From Caldisericota bacterium (GTDB lineage: Bacteria > Caldisericota > Caldisericia > B22-G15), in the NCBI GenBank assembly GCA_029553255.1, contig JAKPCM010000163.1:1-45438 (forward strand): a stretch of 45,438 nt of DNA. Reading direction: 5' to 3'. The notes beneath the pieces were generated by a model. The model did not search any database. It had not been told where the DNA came from and was given only the letters and a program-made list of their open reading frames with translations. The translations under genes were made by a program, and so were the position numbers. Positions 20,765 to 29,546 of the stretch are shown piece by piece. Numbering within the stretch: the first letter of the stretch is position 1; the number at the start of each line of letters is the position of its first letter.

Positions 20765-22486
20765 TTATCCTCCAACATCAAAAATTGATATAACTTTAAA
20801 ATTATCTGTATCAACTAAACCTATATCTGTTATTTTAAGATGTGGAATAACAGGTAGTGCCATAAAAGAGAGGGTCATAAATGGATCCTCAAGTTCAACT
20901 CCGAATTTGTTTGCTATAAAAAGCAATCTATTATATTCTTCATTAACCTCTTTTGCGCTTTTGTCTGTCATCAAACCTCCATAAGGAAGTGATAATAAAT
21001 GTAAAATTTTACCGTTCTTTGCAATTGATATTCCTCCGCCATAAGATTCAAGTATAGAAATCGAAAGCAAGATATCTTTGTCATTTGTCCCTATTGATAT
21101 AATATTATGATGATCATGGGCAATTGAGGAAGCTATTGCTCCTTCTTTCAATTTAAATCCCTTAACAAATCCTACTCCTACATTTCCAGTTGCTTTATGT
21201 CTTTCAACTACAACTATTTTCAAGATATCTTTTTTTGTATCTGATACAACATATCCATCTTCAATTTTTGCTTTTAAGATATATCTTTCAGTTATTAAAG
21301 ATTTTGAAGAGGCACCTATTACATTTATAGAATCACTCAAAGCTTTAATTTTAATCTTATCGTATGTTAAAGTTTTGATGTTAATAGTATTTTTTACTCC
21401 TCCCTCAGATTTTGTTTTTTCATAAGAGAACATTGGAACTCCCTCTTTCGCAGCAAGATTTCCTTTATAAAAGGTAAGAAGAGGTTCGAAATTATTTAAA
21501 TCTGAGAAAACAATAATATTCGCATAATAATTTGGTGCAATAGCTCCAATTTTAGGTAAATTAAAATATCTTGAAGGATTTAATGTTGCAAGTCTTATTG
21601 ATAAAACTGGGTCGAGTCCTTTTTTTACAAGTTTTTTTAAAATTGAGTTGATATGTCCCTCTTTTATCAGGTCTTTTGGGTGTCTATCGTCTGTGCATAA
21701 TAATATTCTTGGATAAGTATTTGCATCAATCAATGGAAATAAAGCATCTAAATCTTTAGCAGCACTTCCTTCTCTTATCATTATCCACATTCCCTTTTTT
21801 AATTTTTCTCTTGCTTCTGGTAAATTTGTGCATTCATGATCAGATTTGATACCACCTGTTATGTATGCGTTAAGATAATTACCAAGTAAAAAAGGGGCAT
21901 GTCCATCTATAATTTTATTTTCGAAATATTCCAATTTTTTTAAAACATCCGCATCACAATTTAATACACCAGGATAGTTCATCATCTCACCAAGTCCAAT
22001 AACTCTATCATTTGATAAAAATGGATAGAGATGTTCTATATTTAATCTTGCGCCTGAATTTTCATAAGGTGATGAAGGAACACAAGAAGGTAACATAAAA
22101 AATATATCCATAGGTAAATTTTCTGAGGCATTCAAAATATATTTTATACCTCTTATTCCTGATACATTTGCTATTTCATGAGGATCAGCAATAACACATA
22201 AAGTGCCTTGGGGTATAACAGCTTTTGCAAATTCACCTGGTGTTAAAAATGTACTTTCTATATGTATATGACTATCTATTAAACCAGGTGAAGCATAATA
22301 TCCTTTTAAATTGTAAATCTCTTTTGCTTTATTATATTTTCCAACTCCAACAATTTCATTTTCATAAATAATAATGTCTCCTTCTTCAATTGAATTATCA
22401 AAAACATTAACTATTTTTACATCTTTTAAAATAACATCTCCTTCTCTTTCTTCTTTTGCGACCTCAATTTTCTCTCTCAAACTCAT
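20765..22486 (-). CDS. ade: Adenine deaminase
   Basis: 573 aa. SPGLIDSHIHIESTFLTPGEFA is the adenine deaminase HxH signature. Length and C-terminal domain are typical of AdeC-type enzymes. Confidence 0.8.
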   Translation of the reverse strand: MSLREKIEVAKEEREGDVILKDVKIVNVFDNSIEEGDIIIYENEIVGVGKYNKAKEIYNLKGYYASPGLIDSHIHIESTFLTPGEFAKAVIPQGTLCVIADPHEIANVSGIRGIKYILNASENLPMDIFFMLPSCVPSSPYENSGARLNIEHLYPFLSNDRVIGLGEMMNYPGVLNCDADVLKKLEYFENKIIDGHAPFLLGNYLNAYITGGIKSDHECTNLPEAREKLKKGMWIMIREGSAAKDLDALFPLIDANTYPRILLCTDDRHPKDLIKEGHINSILKKLVKKGLDPVLSIRLATLNPSRYFNLPKIGAIAPNYYANIIVFSDLNNFEPLLTFYKGNLAAKEGVPMFSYEKTKSEGGVKNTINIKTLTYDKIKIKALSDSINVIGASSKSLITERYILKAKIEDGYVVSDTKKDILKIVVVERHKATGNVGVGFVKGFKLKEGAIASSIAHDHHNIISIGTNDKDILLSISILESYGGGISIAKNGKILHLLSLPYGGLMTDKSAKEVNEEYNRLLFIANKFGVELEDPFMTLSFMALPVIPHLKITDIGLVDTDNFKVISIFDVGG

Positions 22487-22515
22487 CTATACCTCTAAAA
22501 TTATAATAGATAAAA

Positions 22516-23019
22516 TTATTTTAAATACTGATCTTTTAGAGATATGTATGCTTTTGCATTCTGTTTTATTCTGTTTATCTCTTCATTTGTCAATTTCCTC
22601 AAAAATCTTGCAGGTGTACCGAGTATCAATGAATTATCTTCAAAAACTTTTTCTTCTGTAACAACAGAACCTGCACCGACTATTGAATTATTTCCAATTT
22701 TTGCACCATTTAAAATGATCGAACCCATACCTATAAGAGTGTTATCACCTATTTCACATCCATGTATAATTGAATTGTGACCTATTGTAACACCCTTTCC
22801 AATTTTTGTTGGATAGTTAGGTTCAGAATGAATAACTGAATTATCCTGAATATTTGTATCATCACCAATTGTTATTGAATCTACATCCCCCCTTATAACA
22901 GCACCAAACCAAACACCCACATTATCTCCAATAACAACATTTCCTATAATATAGGCAGTTTCACTTATCCAAGACTTCTTTCCAATTTTTGGTTTAAAAT
23001 CTTTATAATCTCTTATCAA
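22516..23019 (-). CDS. Gamma-class carbonic anhydrase-like / hexapeptide-repeat (LbH) protein (YrdA/PaaY family)
   Basis: Left-handed beta-helix hexapeptide repeats run throughout (IGDNVGVWFGAVIRGD, IGDDTNIQDNSVIH, IGKGVTIGHNSIIHG). TTG start with AGAGGTG upstream. Confidence 0.75.
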   Translation of the reverse strand: MIRDYKDFKPKIGKKSWISETAYIIGNVVIGDNVGVWFGAVIRGDVDSITIGDDTNIQDNSVIHSEPNYPTKIGKGVTIGHNSIIHGCEIGDNTLIGMGSIILNGAKIGNNSIVGAGSVVTEEKVFEDNSLILGTPARFLRKLTNEEINRIKQNAKAYISLKDQYLK

Positions 23020-23053
23020 AATAACACCTCTTTTATAATAGATTATAATAAAT

Positions 23054-23914
23054 TTATCTATAAATAAAAATAATAGAAGTTATAATCCAAAAAGTAATTG
23101 TTAATATAAGAGGGATATCAGAAGTTACAAGCTTTGTTGGTTCTCCTTCATTTGTTTTATAAATTAAATATAAATATCTTAAAATTCCATAAACAACAAA
23201 TGGGATTGTATAAACAAGAGATTCTCCAAATTTTTCTTTTGTTTCGGTTGATACTGTATACAAAGCATAAGACAGAATTGTTGAAGTTGATAAAACAACA
23301 ATTATTTTATCGAGGAAATCAACAGAGTAAGAAGAAAGAACTTCTCGATGTCTATTTGCATTTTCTTTTAAAGATATAATTTCAAATCTTCTTTTTGAAA
23401 ATCCCAAAAATAGTGATAGAAAAAGTGTGCAAAGAATTAGCCAACTTGAAATATTAATTCCTGTTGCTATAGAACCTGTTAAAATTCTCAATATAAAATT
23501 TAAAGCAATTACAAAAACATCTATGATAACTATTTTTTTAAAATAGATTGTATACAAAATGTTAATAAAAATATAAAAAATAAAAAGGAGTGTTAATTTA
23601 TAATTTAAAAAAAATGAAAAAATAAGTGAGATTGAGATAAATAAAATTGAAATTATTAATGCAAAATTTTTTGAAAAAAGTCTTTTTGCTAAAGGTCTCT
23701 CCTTTTTTGCTGGATGAAGTTTATCATTTTCTAAATCTTTTATATCATTAAAAACATAGAGGCCACTTGTTAATAATGAAAGTAAGATAAAAGATACAAA
23801 AGTTTGTAGAAAAAAAGATTTGTTAAAAAGGTTTTTAGAGAATAAAAGTGGAGCAAAAACAAATAGATTTTTTATCCAGTGTTTAACCCTAATTAAGTTA
23901 AAGAAATTTTTCAT
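23054..23914 (-). CDS. UbiA-family prenyltransferase, decaprenyl-phosphate phosphoribosyltransferase (DPPR synthase)-like
   Basis: LIRVKHWIKNLFVFAPLLFS and NDIKDLENDKLHPAKKERPLA (NDxxDxxxD) are present. About 8 TM helices. The ATG overlaps the upstream stop (ATGA). Confidence 0.7.
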   Translation of the reverse strand: MKNFFNLIRVKHWIKNLFVFAPLLFSKNLFNKSFFLQTFVSFILLSLLTSGLYVFNDIKDLENDKLHPAKKERPLAKRLFSKNFALIISILFISISLIFSFFLNYKLTLLFIFYIFINILYTIYFKKIVIIDVFVIALNFILRILTGSIATGINISSWLILCTLFLSLFLGFSKRRFEIISLKENANRHREVLSSYSVDFLDKIIVVLSTSTILSYALYTVSTETKEKFGESLVYTIPFVVYGILRYLYLIYKTNEGEPTKLVTSDIPLILTITFWIITSIIFIYR

Positions 23915-24564
23915 AAAACTTTAAATTTTTCTACTTCTGTTGTTTTTATGAAAAAAGATGAAGATCTTGATGGGAATGTAATTCCAAAGGGTCCAAAAAT
24001 ATTCTTTAGGTTATACTCAATATCAACAATTTTTATATCACTTACATTTGCATCAGTTGTAAAATATGCTTGAGTTATTTTTCCAAGTGGAGGACCCAAA
24101 ATTTCTCCTATTAAAAAAGCAAGTAAAAGTAAGAAAATATTTATAGAGTGGGTTAAAATTAGAAGAATTAAAAAAACAAGAAATGTTAAAAAACTTGCTA
24201 CTGCAATACTTGTTCCACATCTATTATGAATTGCGAGATTTTTTTCACCATTGATTAATCTTTCTCTTCCTTCTATGCTTGAAGAAAAAATCTCCTCTGG
24301 TGATGCTGGTCCAAAAACATAGAAGCCATTTTCTCTTGCATATCCTGAGAAAATATTTTTTCTTCTTGATCTATCTTCTAAAACATTTATCGTTGCATGC
24401 TCAAGAGCATGATTTTTTCTTAATTTCCTGTTAACTGCAATTTCAATTATCTGAAGAGGAACTGTCAATAAATTTAGAAAACCATGGATTAAATAACCAA
24501 TAGGTAAAATAAAAATTAAAAATAGAATTGGTAAAAAGATTATTAGCAAAAAGAGAAATATCAT
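23911..24564 (-). CDS. Hypothetical membrane protein with an HxxEH ... HxRCGT motif pair
   Basis: Hydrophobic N-terminus and a central TM pair. The soluble segment carries NHALEHATINVLE and AIHNRCGTS. ATGA overlaps at both ends tie it to both neighbours. Confidence 0.5.
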   Translation of the reverse strand: MIFLFLLIIFLPILFLIFILPIGYLIHGFLNLLTVPLQIIEIAVNRKLRKNHALEHATINVLEDRSRRKNIFSGYARENGFYVFGPASPEEIFSSSIEGRERLINGEKNLAIHNRCGTSIAVASFLTFLVFLILLILTHSINIFLLLLAFLIGEILGPPLGKITQAYFTTDANVSDIKIVDIEYNLKNIFGPFGITFPSRSSSFFIKTTEVEKFKVL

Positions 24565-25877
24565 TTTTTAAATTTTTTCGAAATTATCTCTTTTAAATCA
24601 GGTTTTCCAATTTCTTGTAAGTCATAAAGAACTCTAACATTCTCTTTATTCATTTTTATAATCCTTCCAAGATTTATAGGTGTGGCAACTATAACAAGAT
24701 CAGCAGGAATTGAATTTATTACCTCTTCAAGTTCTTTAAGTTGGTTTTCACCATAACCAAGCGCAGGTATAATTTGTCCTAATTGTTGATATTTTTCAAA
24801 TGCTTCTTTAATAGTACCTTTAATATATGGATGGGGATCAACAATCTCTTTAGCACCATATTTTTTTGCTGCAACAAACCCTGCTCCATATGACATATTA
24901 CCATGAGTTAGTGTAGGTCCATCTTCGACTACAATAACTCTTTTTCCTTTAATTTTTTCATAATTATCTATAAAAATAGGAGAGGCTGCCTCAACAACAA
25001 TGGCATCTGGATTTTTTTCATATATTGCACTTCTTATCTTTTGAATGTTTTCAAAAGAAGATGTATCAACTTTATTAATAACAATTACATCTGCGGAAAG
25101 GAAATTTACTTCTCCAGGATGATATGTAGTTTCATTACCAGCTCTTAATGGATCAACAACAACAATTTGTAAATCAGATTTATAAAATGGGAAATCGTTA
25201 TTGCCTCCATCCCATACAATAATATCTGCTTCTTTTTCTGCACTTCTTAGTATATCTTCATAATCTACACCTGCGTAAACTACTATTCCTCTATTTATAT
25301 GTGGTTCATACTCTTCTCTCTCTTCTATAGTACAATTTTCTTTATCCATATCTTCAATTTTTTCAAACCTTTGAACTCTCTGTTTTTCTAAATCACCATA
25401 TGGCATAGGATGTCTAATAACGACTGGTTTTAAACCCATTTCTTTCAAAATTTCGGTAACTCTTCTTGTTGTTTGACTTTTACCACTACCTGTCCTTATT
25501 GCACAAATTGAAATAACTGGTTTTATACTTTTGATTTGAGTATCTTTTGGTCCAAGTAACATAAAATTTGTATCACTTGAAAGTGAAAGCGAAGCTTTAT
25601 GCATAACATATTCATGTGAAACATCAGAATAAGAAAAAACAACAAAATCTACATTGTATTTTTTTATCAAATCAGTTAGTTCAGATTCAGAAAAAATTGG
25701 AATTCCATCTGGATATAATTTTCCAGCAAGTGTTGAGGGATATTTTCTCCCTTCAATATTTGGAATTTGTGTTGCAGTAAATGCAACAACATCATATTCT
25801 TCATTATCTCTAAAAAAGGTATTAAAATTGTGGAAATCTCTTCCTGCAGCTCCCATAATAATAACTTTCTTCTTCAT
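24561..25877 (-). CDS. COG2403-type P-loop protein (cyclic 2,3-diphosphoglycerate synthetase-like)
   Basis: MGAAGRDFHNFNTFFRDNEEYDVVAFTATQIP, RTGSGKSQTTRRV (P-loop), IRHPMPYGDL, CTIEEREEYEPH and WDGGNNDFPF match my recollection of the CpgS/COG2403 family. GGAGG lies 5 nt upstream. Confidence 0.55.
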   Translation of the reverse strand: MKKKVIIMGAAGRDFHNFNTFFRDNEEYDVVAFTATQIPNIEGRKYPSTLAGKLYPDGIPIFSESELTDLIKKYNVDFVVFSYSDVSHEYVMHKASLSLSSDTNFMLLGPKDTQIKSIKPVISICAIRTGSGKSQTTRRVTEILKEMGLKPVVIRHPMPYGDLEKQRVQRFEKIEDMDKENCTIEEREEYEPHINRGIVVYAGVDYEDILRSAEKEADIIVWDGGNNDFPFYKSDLQIVVVDPLRAGNETTYHPGEVNFLSADVIVINKVDTSSFENIQKIRSAIYEKNPDAIVVEAASPIFIDNYEKIKGKRVIVVEDGPTLTHGNMSYGAGFVAAKKYGAKEIVDPHPYIKGTIKEAFEKYQQLGQIIPALGYGENQLKELEEVINSIPADLVIVATPINLGRIIKMNKENVRVLYDLQEIGKPDLKEIISKKFKK

Positions 25878-25994
25878 CTATACCTCCTAATATAATAAAA
25901 TCTACTTTAATATCCATATTAGTATCTAATATTTAAATTTTTTGTCAAGCTACTTGTTATTAGATTATTAAAAAACCTCTATTTTCTCATTTTC

Positions 25995-26073
25995 ATCCTC
26001 ACGAAAGTGGAAAGAACGGGAATTCAATATTTCCATATTATCATTCCCATGAAAACGGGCATCCTGTATTTCC
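25995..26073. repeat. Second locus of the ATTCCC-N8-GGGAAT-type hairpin repeat family
   Basis: 26043..26062 is ATTCCC atGAAAac GGGCAT, followed by CCTGTATTTCC. This aligns with the reverse complement of 9607..9642 (TCATTCCC ttgaaagc GGAAATCC AGTATTTC). A weaker copy, ATCCTC acGAAAgt GGAAAG, is at 25995..26014. GGGAAT..ATTTCC is at 26018..26034. Confidence 0.6.
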
Positions 26074-26127
26074 ATAAGTAATAAATTTAAATTATTGAAA
26101 ATTCAATATAGATCAAATTTAGAGAGT

Positions 26128-26160
26128 AGTGTACAGAGGAGACAGTCTCCTTTGTACACT
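26128..26160. repeat. 33-nt near-perfect palindrome (15/16 arm matches) in the fabL-like upstream spacer
   Basis: AGTGTACAGAGGAGAC-a-GTCTCCTTTGTACACT. It is GC-richer than its surroundings. No U-run follows on either strand, so it is not a classical terminator. Confidence 0.7.
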
Positions 26161-26321
26161 ATAACATTTTAAACATCACTTCTTATAACTACTACTTACT
26201 ACTTGTAATAAATTTATATCAAAATTATTAAAAAGGAAATTTTAAAAAATGTGTTAATGCAAGACATGTCTCCAATATTTTATTTTGGATGAATTTTTAG
26301 AGATTTTGTTATCGCAATGTG

Positions 26322-26338
26322 ATAAGTTAACTTATAAT
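26322..26338 (+). promoter_or_regulatory. Perfect 14-bp palindrome ATAAGTTAACTTAT overlapping a TATAAT hexamer (candidate operator/-10)
   Basis: The palindrome is at 26322..26335 and TATAAT at 26333..26338, about 92 nt upstream of the enoyl-reductase ATG. I could not find a convincing -35. Confidence 0.35.
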
Positions 26339-26429
26339 TAAAAAGATTAAAAATTAAATATCTGCTATCGTCATTAAATATTTTTGTAACAAAAAAGATC
26401 GTATAGAGTCATTTATTCAGGAGGTGAGT

Positions 26430-27221
26430 ATGAAAGAATGGGCTTTGATTTTGGGATCATCAAGTGGATTTGGAGCTGCAACAGCAATTGAATTAAGTAA
26501 AGTTGGTTTTAATATAATCGGAGTACATTTTGATAGAAAAGAGAATTTGCCGAAAGTTGAAGAGGTGTTTAATAAAATTAAAAATAATAATGTTGAGGTT
26601 ATATTTTTTAATCTGAATGCAGCAGATCAAAAAAATAGAGAGTATATTTTAAATGAAGTAGAAAAAAAATTTAAAGAGGATAATGATGAAAATTCAATTT
26701 TTGTATTAATGCACTCATTGGCATTTGGAAGTTTGAGAAAGTTTATTGATGAGGATAGAGAAAATTCAATAACTCAAAAGCAGATTGAAATGACAGTTGA
26801 TGTTATGGCTAATCAGCTTATCTATTGGACCCAAGATATATTTTATAGAAAATTATTCAAAAATGGTGGAAGAATATTTGCAATGGTAAGTTCTGGAGAT
26901 GATAGAGTTTTACCATATTATGGAGCTGTTTCTGGTGCAAAAGCTGCAATTGAAGCATATATAAGACAACTTGCTTATGAACTTGCTCCATATAAAATAA
27001 CTGTAAATGCAATAAAAGCCGGCGTCACCGATACACCTGCTTTAAGAAAAATCCCAGAGAATGAAAAATTAATAGACTTAGCTTTATTAAAAAACCCATC
27101 AAAGAGATTAACAACACCTGAAGATATAGGAAAAGCAATAGCTTGTTTATGTAATAAAAATTTATACTGGATGACAGGGAATGTTATAAGAGTTGATGGG
27201 GGAGAAGATATTGTAGCATAA
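26430..27221 (+). CDS. SDR-family enoyl-[ACP] reductase, FabL-like
   Basis: I moved the start to ATG 26430 (AGGAGG 5-6 nt upstream). GSSSGFGAATA is the Rossmann motif. The Y-x6-K spacing (YGAVSGAK) is typical of enoyl reductases. VNAIKAGVTDTPALRKIPENEKLID parallels B. subtilis FabL [25 protein letters not shown]. Confidence 0.65.
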   Translation: MKEWALILGSSSGFGAATAIELSKVGFNIIGVHFDRKENLPKVEEVFNKIKNNNVEVIFFNLNAADQKNREYILNEVEKKFKEDNDENSIFVLMHSLAFGSLRKFIDEDRENSITQKQIEMTVDVMANQLIYWTQDIFYRKLFKNGGRIFAMVSSGDDRVLPYYGAVSGAKAAIEAYIRQLAYELAPYKITVNAIKAGVTDTPALRKIPENEKLIDLALLKNPSKRLTTPEDIGKAIACLCNKNLYWMTGNVIRVDGGEDIVA

Positions 27222-27235
27222 TATTTAAAAGAAAT

Positions 27236-27282
27236 TAAAAAAAGGGTGGTTCTTAAAAAAGCAATAAATTTGAACCACCCTT
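27236..27282 (-). terminator. Rho-independent terminator ending the fab operon
   Basis: A perfect 11-bp stem pairs AAGGGTGGTTC (27242..27252) with GAACCACCCTT (27272..27282), with a 19-nt loop. On the minus strand the stem runs into a T7 tract. It starts 5 nt after the fabF stop. It is weak in the plus direction, where only UU follows. Confidence 0.65.
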
Positions 27283-27287
27283 AAAAA

Positions 27288-28535
27288 CTATGAAAATGAT
27301 TTTATAACTAATGCTGTGTTAACTCCTCCAAAACCAAATGAATTTGACAAAGCATATCTAATTTTATGTTCTCTGCCTACATTTGGCACATAATCAAGAT
27401 CACATTCAGGGTCTTTTTCTTCTTGATTTATTGTAGGATGAACGAAGCCTTCATTTGTCATTAAAATTGTTGCAATTGCTTCTACAGCCCCAGCTGCTCC
27501 AAGAAGATGACCAATCATCGACTTTGTTGAGGATATTGGTATTTTATATGCTCGATCACCAAAAACTGTTTTTATAGTCTCGGTTTCTATTTTATCATTA
27601 AGTGGTGTCGATGTTCCATGCGGATTAATATAATCGATTTCATCTTTTGGAACATTACCTTTTTTCAAAGCGATTTCTAATGCTTTAGCTCTTGGACCAC
27701 CTGATGGTTCAGGTGCTGTTATGTGATATGCATCAGATGTCTGAGCATAAGATATAATTTCTGCATATATTTTTGCATTTCTTTTTTTAGCATGCTCAAG
27801 TTCTTCAAGAACTAAAATTCCTGCTCCTTCACCCATTACAAATCCATCTCTTTTTTTATCAAAAGGTCTTGATGCCTTCTGAGGTTCATCATTTCTTGTT
27901 GAAAGAGCCCTTGATTGTGAAAAACTAACTATTCCTATTGGTGTTATAGATGCTTCGCTACCACCAGCAAAAATAATATCTGCATCATCTCTTTTTATTG
28001 CTTCATACGCTTCACCAATAGCAGTTGCACCAGCAGAACACGCAGTTGTTGGACATGAGTTATAACCATTTATTTTCAATTTTATTGAGACCCATCCCGA
28101 AGCCATATTAGGTATCATCATTGCAGAAAGGTAAGGTGAAACAAGATTTGGACTTTTATTAATCATTGTTCTTATACCCTCTTCTAAACTTATGATCCCT
28201 CCAATTCCTGAAGCAACAATAGCACCGACTCTATAGGGGTCTTCTTTATTTAAATCTAAGAGTGAGTCTTGATAACTTGATAAGGATGCTGCTATTGCAA
28301 ATTGGGAAAATCTATCGATTCTTTTAAGTTCAATAACTTTTATCTCTTTATCAAAATTTTTTAAATCAAAATCTCTAACCTCTGCAGCAATCTGTACATC
28401 TAATCCAGTTGGATCAAAAGCTTTTATCCTATCTATGCCTGATTTACCTGAAAAAAGATTATTTTTAAACTCCTCTAAATCATTTCCAAGAGGAGAAATA
28501 ACACCCATCCCCGTTACAACTACTCTTCTTTCCAT
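27288..28535 (-). CDS. fabF: 3-oxoacyl-[ACP] synthase II
   Basis: RRVVVTGMGVISPLGN, the active-site Cys in ACSAGATAIGEA, the His pair (HGTSTPLND, GHLLGAAG) and the C-terminal SNSFGFGGVN are all present. Confidence 0.9.
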   Translation of the reverse strand: MERRVVVTGMGVISPLGNDLEEFKNNLFSGKSGIDRIKAFDPTGLDVQIAAEVRDFDLKNFDKEIKVIELKRIDRFSQFAIAASLSSYQDSLLDLNKEDPYRVGAIVASGIGGIISLEEGIRTMINKSPNLVSPYLSAMMIPNMASGWVSIKLKINGYNSCPTTACSAGATAIGEAYEAIKRDDADIIFAGGSEASITPIGIVSFSQSRALSTRNDEPQKASRPFDKKRDGFVMGEGAGILVLEELEHAKKRNAKIYAEIISYAQTSDAYHITAPEPSGGPRAKALEIALKKGNVPKDEIDYINPHGTSTPLNDKIETETIKTVFGDRAYKIPISSTKSMIGHLLGAAGAVEAIATILMTNEGFVHPTINQEEKDPECDLDYVPNVGREHKIRYALSNSFGFGGVNTALVIKSFS

Positions 28536-28536
28536 T

Positions 28537-28770
28537 TTATATCTTAGATGAGATATAATCTAAAGCACTTTTTACATCTTTTATTTTTGGAATATCTGAA
28601 TCAGGAACAGTAATATTGAACTCTTCTTCTAAACCAGTTATCAAATCCATAACACCAAGAGAATCTAAACCTAAATCATCAATAAATTTGTCCTCTTCAT
28701 TAAATGAGTCAATCCCTGTTTTTTCAACAAACACCTTTTTAAATTTTTCCATTACTTCTTCTTTTGCCAT
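28537..28770 (-). CDS. acpP: Acyl carrier protein
   Basis: 77 aa with the LGLDSLGVMDL phosphopantetheine-attachment motif. GGAGG lies 5 nt upstream. Confidence 0.9.
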   Translation of the reverse strand: MAKEEVMEKFKKVFVEKTGIDSFNEEDKFIDDLGLDSLGVMDLITGLEEEFNITVPDSDIPKIKDVKSALDYISSKI

Positions 28771-28787
28771 AAATTACCTCCTTAAAT

Positions 28788-29546
28788 TTAAAATCCGAGG
28801 GATAACCCTCCATCAATAATAAAAACTTGACCTGTTATATAAGAAGATTCAGGAGATGCTAAAAATGTTACAAGTTTTGCTACATCTTCAGGTTTACCAA
28901 ATCTTTTAAAAGGAACTTTTTCAAGAATTTTCTTTTTTAAATCATCATCTAAAATTAAGGTCATTTCTGTCTCAATGTACCCTGGAGCAATAGCATTAAC
29001 TCTAATATTTCTACTTGCAACCTCTTTTGAGATTGTTTTAGTCAAACTTATTAGACCACCTTTAGATGCACTGTAATTTGCTTGTCCAGCATTTCCATAT
29101 ATACCAACAATTGATGAGATGTTAATAATTGAGCCATCTTTATTTTTAATCATATAAGGAAGAATCTCTTTTGTCATCAAAAAAGGACCAATTAAATTAA
29201 CATTAATAACTTCTAAAAAATCCTCGAGTTTCATTCTTATTATTAGATTATCTTTTGTTATTCCAGCATTATTTACAAGAACATGAACATTTTTAAAATT
29301 TTCAATAAAAACATTTACAACATTTTTAACATCTTCACTTTTAGAGATATCTCCTTTTAAAAGCAAAACATTTACATTGAAATTTTTTTCTATATCATCT
29401 TTAATTTTCTCTGCTTCCTTAACATTTTTTAAAAAATTTAAACCAATATTATAGTTATTTCTTGCAAGTTCATAGACTATTGCTTTACCTATACCTCTTG
29501 TTCCACCAGTGACTAATGCGTTTTTAAATTCTTTCATATTTCTCAT
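28788..29546 (-). CDS. fabG: 3-oxoacyl-[ACP] reductase
   Basis: Motifs [19 protein letters not shown] and YSASKGG (YxxxK), with C-terminus [10 protein letters not shown]. The true start may instead be ATG 29537 ([12 protein letters not shown]). Confidence 0.85.
   Translation of the reverse strand: MRNMKEFKNALVTGGTRGIGKAIVYELARNNYNIGLNFLKNVKEAEKIKDDIEKNFNVNVLLLKGDISKSEDVKNVVNVFIENFKNVHVLVNNAGITKDNLIIRMKLEDFLEVINVNLIGPFLMTKEILPYMIKNKDGSIINISSIVGIYGNAGQANYSASKGGLISLTKTISKEVASRNIRVNAIAPGYIETEMTLILDDDLKKKILEKVPFKRFGKPEDVAKLVTFLASPESSYITGQVFIIDGGLSLGF

Noticed and set aside
25878-26423. Known structured RNAs (tmRNA, RNase P RNA, SRP RNA, 6S RNA, riboswitches) in the two long ORF-free spacers (also 9467..10041)
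   Set aside because: I could not recognise any hallmark motifs by eye (tmRNA tag/acceptor, SRP GGAA/AGCA domain IV, RNase P CR-I/CR-V). Only the hairpin repeats and palindromes reported above stand out. An Rfam scan would be decisive.
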